This document shows, in pieces, positions 58,550 through 64,000 of a DNA stretch of 64,000 bases. The stretch's first letter is position 1, and every line of letters starts with the position of its first letter. Under the pieces are notes generated by a model. The model saw only the letters and a program-made list of their open reading frames with translations. It had not been told where the DNA came from and ran no database searches. A program made the translations under genes and the position numbers. The DNA comes from a candidate division FCPU426 bacterium (lineage in GTDB: Bacteria; Oederibacteriota; Muellerivitia; Muellerivitales; Muellerivitaceae), in contig CAVYSE010000024.1 in NCBI GenBank assembly GCA_963771075.1, positions 32,001 to 96,000 on the forward strand, read 5' to 3'.

Positions 58550-59905
58550 GGCCGCGTAAAATTTAAGGGTGTAAAAAGAAGCGGGCGTAACATGGTGTTT
58601 GTTCACGACACCATATCCCTTTTGTGAAAGGACGTTACGCCCATGAAGAATATACACCTAGCCTTAGAGGCCTTGGCAAGGGAGAAAACCCAAGCCATGG
58701 TCAAGTCGGCGGTCGGAAGCCGACAGATCGGCCAATGGGTCGGCGAGGCTCTCAACCAGCAGCTTTCCGAGGCTTTCAATACCCAATTGGAGAAGGAACG
58801 GGACGAGTTCTTGGGTAGCCAACCCTACGAAAGACAGGAAAAACCCCGTTACCGTAATGGTTTCAAGCAGGTTTTCGTGCCTGGATTTTTAGGCCGATTG
58901 GAATTGAGAAAACCAGTTTTGAGGAAGGGCAAAGGGTTCGTTTCCGAGACTTTGAAAGCCTTGAGGGAAGGCAGCCAAGCCCTGATGGGTTACCTGGGAA
59001 TGAATTTCTGGCTGAAAGGGGCTTCCACCCGGTCGGTAGCGGCGGGGATGAACGAGGCCTTTGGAACGAAATGGACGGCCAGCCACATCAGCCAGATGAC
59101 CAACGCCTTGGAACCCACGTTGCGGGAATGGGAGAAGCGGCCATTACCCGAAGGGATCCGATACCTGTACCTGGATGCGCTTTACCTGACAGTCAGGCGT
59201 CAAGAGGCTGGCGTGAAACAAGCCTTGCTGGTGGCTATCGGGGTGGATGGGAATCTCAAACGGCATTTTCTGGGATATCTGGTAGGCGACCGGGAGAGTG
59301 AAGCTTCCTGGACAACCATGGTAGAAGACCTGTTGAACCGAGGATTGGACCGCCAAACCTTGAGGCTGGTGGTCTCCGACGCGCATGGCGGGATTATCGC
59401 GGCGGTCGAAAAACGTTTGGGAGTTACCCACCAACTGTGCGTGGTGCACAAAATGAAGAACGTCCGTTTCCGGGTGGCCTGGAAGGACCAAAAGGCTTTT
59501 ATGGCCGATTTCAAGGCAGTGTACTGGGCCGAAAGCCGGGAAAAAGCCTTGATAGCTTTGGGAAGCCTCAAGACCAGGTGGTCCAGGACATATCCCAAGG
59601 CGGTGGAGATGACGGAGGAAAAATTCGAGGCTTACACCCGATTCTTTGGGGAAAAACCAAAGTACTGGCTGATTACTCGTTCCAGCAACCTCATCGAGAG
59701 GTTCAACCTGGAGCTCAGGAGAAGGCTGAGGCCGGCGGGGATGATGCAGAATGAATTGGAACTGACTAAATTGGTCTGGGCAGTGGCCGAGGCCCAACAA
59801 GAAAGATGGGATAGGCTTAAAGTCCACACCTCAAGGAAGGAGGCAGAAGCTCAAGCCGCTTGATTAAGACGCCCGTGAAAATTTACACCCAAATTCTTGA
59901 CGCGG
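58550..59905 (+). mobile_element. IS256-family insertion sequence
   Basis: IRs CCGCGTAAAATTTAAGGGTGTAAA / TTTACACCCAAATTCTTGACGCGG; no TSD visible. Confidence 0.85.
58643..59863 (+). CDS. IS256-family (Mutator) transposase
   Basis: YRNG, YLYLDA, LVVSDAH.G, QLCVVH and SNLIERFN motifs. Confidence 0.93.
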   Translation: MKNIHLALEALAREKTQAMVKSAVGSRQIGQWVGEALNQQLSEAFNTQLEKERDEFLGSQPYERQEKPRYRNGFKQVFVPGFLGRLELRKPVLRKGKGFVSETLKALREGSQALMGYLGMNFWLKGASTRSVAAGMNEAFGTKWTASHISQMTNALEPTLREWEKRPLPEGIRYLYLDALYLTVRRQEAGVKQALLVAIGVDGNLKRHFLGYLVGDRESEASWTTMVEDLLNRGLDRQTLRLVVSDAHGGIIAAVEKRLGVTHQLCVVHKMKNVRFRVAWKDQKAFMADFKAVYWAESREKALIALGSLKTRWSRTYPKAVEMTEEKFEAYTRFFGEKPKYWLITRSSNLIERFNLELRRRLRPAGMMQNELELTKLVWAVAEAQQERWDRLKVHTSRKEAEAQAA

Positions 59906-61227
59906 GGGAGATTTTTGACGCAATTGTCGAGGGGAAGGTTACCGCTGATTTAAAAAAGAAGCATAAAAACAGTAGCGTTTTGGAATGCTACGAATACTTC
60001 CATAAAAAGAAAGAAACCATAAAGACGATAGACTTTAATAAGGTTCTAAATAAGCTTTACTTCTTGGGGATTGATCTGGGCGTCGAAGAGGATGAACAGC
60101 AGATTTTTGATACCATTAATTCTTTGGGAGTTTCATTAACGACCGCCGAGCTTTTAAAAAATGAATTGTTTAAACGCGAAGATGAAGAGCTGTATGAAAA
60201 AACCTGGAAAAATATTTTTGAAAAAGATGAGGACGGTAAGTCTTATTGGGATTTAGAGGTTACCTCAGGCCGCCAACATAGGGTCAATATTGATTTATTT
60301 CTTCAAGCATACCTACTTATTAAAAGCGATGCTCACGATAAGTATTTGGGTTTAAGCAGTTTGTTTTCCAATTACAAAAATTATCTTAAAGACCATTCGG
60401 TTGATAAGGCGAGTTTTGTTAGCGAGTTGGTTAAGTTTGCGACACCATACCAAAATTCAATTGACCCCGACCTTTTAAATCAAGAGATAGACCAAAAGGC
60501 TTTCATTGACCGACTCAACATTGTTGTTTTTGGACTGAACACAACAACGGTTATTCCATACATCCTTTATATTTTAAATGAGGTCAAGAGCAAGGATGAA
60601 AGAGAAGGTGTTTTTCGGCTCTTGGAAAGTTACTTGATGCGGAGATTGATTTGCAGGGAAACAACAAAAGCTTACAACAACCTTTTTGCCTCTTTTATCC
60701 GCAATAAGATCAATGGGCTGGATAACCTAAAAAATAAAATTGAACAGTTTGATGATCCAACCAATCGCTTTCCCACTGATAAAGTCTTTTTAAAAGCTTT
60801 TCAAGAGAACAAGCTTACGAATCAACAAGCCAAAACAGTCCTTTATTTGATCGAAAAGTCGGTTCAAAGCGTTAAGGACTCTACCGTAATTAGGCCATTT
60901 AACGAGTATAGCGTTGAACATGTTATGCCAAAAAAATGGAGAAATAATTGGGATAACATCGGAGATAACGATGCCGATGAAAGAGACGAGTATTTGTTGA
61001 GGCTTGGAAACCTTACTATCCTCACCGCCTCTCTTAACAGCTCTATCCGTGATGCCGAATGGAATGTTAAAAAGGCCGGGAAAAATAGTAAGAAAGGCCT
61101 TGAGGAATACAGCGCTGGAATTAAAACTTTCCACCCCTACTTGAAGGAATCAGACTGGAACGAAGATGTGATCGCAAAGAGAGGCAAAAAACTTTCGGAA
61201 ATGGCCGTCGATTTGTGGAATTTATAA
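59906..61227 (+). pseudogene. 5'-truncated GmrSD-like (DUF262-DUF1524) type IV restriction gene
   Basis: QIFDTINSLGVSLT..ELLKN and SVEHVMP..W..LGNLT.L..N HNH motif; the N-terminus is replaced by IS256. Confidence 0.8.
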
Positions 61228-61313
61228 GCCGGGTTAAGGCTCTCTTTGTTTTTTAATTGCTTCCGGTATTCCCTTAGCTTGAATCCGAGGTTTGCGTCCA
61301 GGGTCATTTATGG

Positions 61314-61502
61314 ATGAACCTTGAGTTTGTAAAAAAACTAAAACTTTTACAGTTAATGGATAAAATAAACGAGGATCTGAGGCCTGGAACACTTCGTATG
61401 TCTTCTGATGGAAAGGGCCAGCGGTGGTTGACTCGTTTTGACTTTGAGAGTCCAAACTATACTACTGACTTCAGGAGCATTCCGACTGCAAAGATTTGTT
61501 AA
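61314..61502 (+). pseudogene. UmuC C-terminal (DUF4113) remnant
   Basis: LMDKINE..PGTLR...W....FESPNYTT matches UmuC tails. Confidence 0.65.
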
Positions 61503-61550
61503 TCAAGGAAACCGAACACAGAAATCCGAGTTTGATAATTTTAAAAATAA

Positions 61551-63617
61551 ATGTCTGGAGTAACCAGTTTGGAACACGAAGAAATTCAGAAAAAAAAGGC
61601 ACTTCTTTTTACGACCATTAGCCGCTTGATTCCGACAACGGAAGTTCTTAGGAAAAAAACTCTCGAAAAACTAATTGAACTAACTCTTTTTTCGATTTAC
61701 CCACGAGCGGGCGACGCTAAAAAAATTGGTTCTTTGATAAATAAGGAATGCGGGTTCGTTTTACCGCCAACTATTGTTCAAGAAATATTGGATGGATTGG
61801 CAGAGGGGGAAAGAGTAAAAAAAGATTCGGAAAAATATTATTTATTCAAAGAAGTATTTGAAGAAATAGAGGCGGGACAAACGGGCGCGGAAAAAAGATA
61901 CCAAAGTGTAATAAAAAGAATTTTTAAGGTTCGCGACTCCGGAGATTTAGAAAAATATTATTTACCATTTTTAGAATATATCTCTTTGGTATTCTCAAAA
62001 TTGGCCGACGAATACGTAAAGATATTAAAGGGCGAAATATCGCAAAGTGATTTTGTTTCTTCTGGATTCATAATTGATTCAATCAAAGTAATCCTGAAAA
62101 GTTATTCGTCGGTTGACAAGGAAATATTTTCTAACGGTATTTATGTTTTTTTGAAAACGACGCCCGACCCCGATTTTGATTTAATAAAATGGTACACATC
62201 TCAAAATTATTATTTGGCAAAATCAATTGGCCTTGATCCGGCGGGTTATATATTAAGTGAAGAGATTTTTAAAAACGGTTCATTTTATTTAGACACAAAT
62301 GTTCTCGTTGCGGCAATTGAAGGCAAACACAGACACCATGACTCAATCACAATTCTTATGAAAAAAGCTAAACAGTTGAACATCGATATTTATGTTTCTG
62401 AAGCAACGAAAAGCGAATTGCTCCACACTGTAAATGATCAGAAGAAATTACTGGAAAAAGTAATAGATAATATCCCTTTGGAATTACACCATAGGATGAG
62501 ATCGGATTTTTTGGAAAAATACGATGAGCTTAAAAACCATAATCCTGACGCAAAAATTGATGAAGTTTTTAAAGACTATGAAGATTTGAACAATACATTT
62601 GAAAAACTGAATATCAAAGTTGTTGATGATGAATGGTTTGACCGAGAAAAAGATTCTCCTTCCACTGGTATGTTGGCGGATTATTTAAAAACGAAGTATA
62701 AAAAAATGAGAAGCAAAGAAAAAGAATCACTTCCTGCTTTTCACGACGCCTTAATGTTGAGGTGGATACATGAAATTGAGCAAAAGGATCGGAGGACGTG
62801 GTTCATCACACTTGACACTACATTGCCTGGCCCATTAGGGGAGATAAAGACCGAATACTCCATCGCGATAACCTTGGATGCCATTCTCCAATATTTTGCC
62901 CCGATGGCGGGTGAGACTGATGATTTTCAAAAAATCTTTAGTAATCTTGTTAAAAACAGACTTCTCCCTGAAGAAAGAATGTTTGATTTAAAAGATTTTT
63001 TAATCTTTGACCAACTGGGAATTCAGACCAAAACATTGCCGATTGATGATGTTGAGGGGTGTTTAATAGATTTAAAAGGAAAATTTTCTAATACGGATTT
63101 GAGCAACCCTGTCATCAAACGAAATATGGATTATGAAGTTGCAAGGTATTTTACTGACCCCAGCAGAAAATTTAACCTGGAAGTAATGAGGTTAGAAGGA
63201 GAGTTGAAAAATACAAAAAATATGACTGCAGAGGAAATCGATAGATTGAAAACGGAATTAAGCGAGAAGTTATTGGAAAAAGATAAAATTCACCAATCAA
63301 TCGCGTCAGAGTTGAATATTAAAATAAGCCAACTTACAACAACGGGTGAAACCGAAAAATTGAAACATGAAGGGCAGCTTAGAGGATTAGTCTTGGCTAT
63401 GTTGCTGGTGGCTATGGAATTCGGAATGTTTAAACTTTCTCAGGTTTACGGGGATGGTGATAATTGGTTTCAAAAAATGTTAGCTTCGTGGGAGGGATTT
63501 GGAATTACTGGAGTTCTTTGGATTTTCATTTGTTACTTTTTAATCGGGAAAAAAAGGTTTGTGGCTATGGGTTGGCCATTCACCGAAATTTTTAAAATAA
63601 AAGATTTATCTGAATAG
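61551..63617 (+). CDS. Large PIN-like domain protein with a coiled coil and two C-terminal TM helices
   Basis: FYLDTNVLV, SEL, HDA and FITLD resemble PIN catalytic motifs; AT-rich. Confidence 0.6.
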   Translation: MSGVTSLEHEEIQKKKALLFTTISRLIPTTEVLRKKTLEKLIELTLFSIYPRAGDAKKIGSLINKECGFVLPPTIVQEILDGLAEGERVKKDSEKYYLFKEVFEEIEAGQTGAEKRYQSVIKRIFKVRDSGDLEKYYLPFLEYISLVFSKLADEYVKILKGEISQSDFVSSGFIIDSIKVILKSYSSVDKEIFSNGIYVFLKTTPDPDFDLIKWYTSQNYYLAKSIGLDPAGYILSEEIFKNGSFYLDTNVLVAAIEGKHRHHDSITILMKKAKQLNIDIYVSEATKSELLHTVNDQKKLLEKVIDNIPLELHHRMRSDFLEKYDELKNHNPDAKIDEVFKDYEDLNNTFEKLNIKVVDDEWFDREKDSPSTGMLADYLKTKYKKMRSKEKESLPAFHDALMLRWIHEIEQKDRRTWFITLDTTLPGPLGEIKTEYSIAITLDAILQYFAPMAGETDDFQKIFSNLVKNRLLPEERMFDLKDFLIFDQLGIQTKTLPIDDVEGCLIDLKGKFSNTDLSNPVIKRNMDYEVARYFTDPSRKFNLEVMRLEGELKNTKNMTAEEIDRLKTELSEKLLEKDKIHQSIASELNIKISQLTTTGETEKLKHEGQLRGLVLAMLLVAMEFGMFKLSQVYGDGDNWFQKMLASWEGFGITGVLWIFICYFLIGKKRFVAMGWPFTEIFKIKDLSE

Positions 63618-64000
63618 TAATCATTCGGATGTGTTTCGGGTTTTATTTGGCTTTTGATTCAGACGTTAATAAACTGTTGTTCCGAATCAATGCTGACTAA
63701 ATTCCATGTCTTTTTAAAAACTTTCTCATTTAACAACCAAGCTAAACCCTTGGAAGCATATCTCAAACTTCTTTTGAAAAATATTACCCCCTTACAAATT
63801 TATGGGTCCATTTCATTTCGTTCATTGAATCTGCATTTATAACCAACGTTAAACTTATTATTCCGCCGGGGCCTAGAAAAATTTTTTCTTGGAAAGTTGA
63901 TCCTGATTCTAATCTAGCCGGGATGGAAATTCTTTCTTTTATTTGTTTTTGGGTTTGTTCTGCGCAATTTGTGTCAAATACGAAATCGATTTTTAAATTT

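Noticed and set aside
59860..59905. Start of the 455-aa ORF
   Set aside because: Lies inside the IS256 right end, so it is not the native start.
63654..63842. 62-aa ORF near the window end
   Set aside because: No RBS or motif; AT-rich intergenic sequence.

Overview
Bacterial genomic window, apparently from a diderm. Positions 1-45.9 kb are GC-rich. Positions 1-39 kb hold a large hemicellulose-utilisation region, with an enzyme set that fits xyloglucan: acetylesterase, GH3, GH31, GH2, GH44, xylFGH, a second XylF-like binding protein, xylA, galK, an NTP-transferase and a LacI regulator. It has no SusC/SusD or TonB receptor. It instead carries three tandem SLH/coiled-coil/beta-barrel (OmpM-like) outer-membrane proteins flanked by CBM-like lipoproteins. 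Next come oppBC, priA, rluA and tRNA-Leu(CAA). After the tRNA lies a more AT-rich accessory region: a HigBA-type toxin-antitoxin (TA) pair, a fluoride-riboswitch operon (antiporter, USP, crcB, DUF190, dynamin-like, enolase), and a rhodanese/TSUP cluster. It also contains an unusual ~500 bp array of ATTGTGCCA repeats interleaved with diverse palindromes, a degenerate tRNA-Leu 3' copy, IS4 and IS256 elements, a truncated GmrSD-like gene and a PIN-like/TM protein. xylG and xylH are separated by an insertion bracketed by a diverged duplicate of the xylG 3' end. Several frameshifts, densest at 34.8-37.4 kb, are probably sequencing or assembly errors. All family calls come from motif recognition by eye; no searches were run.
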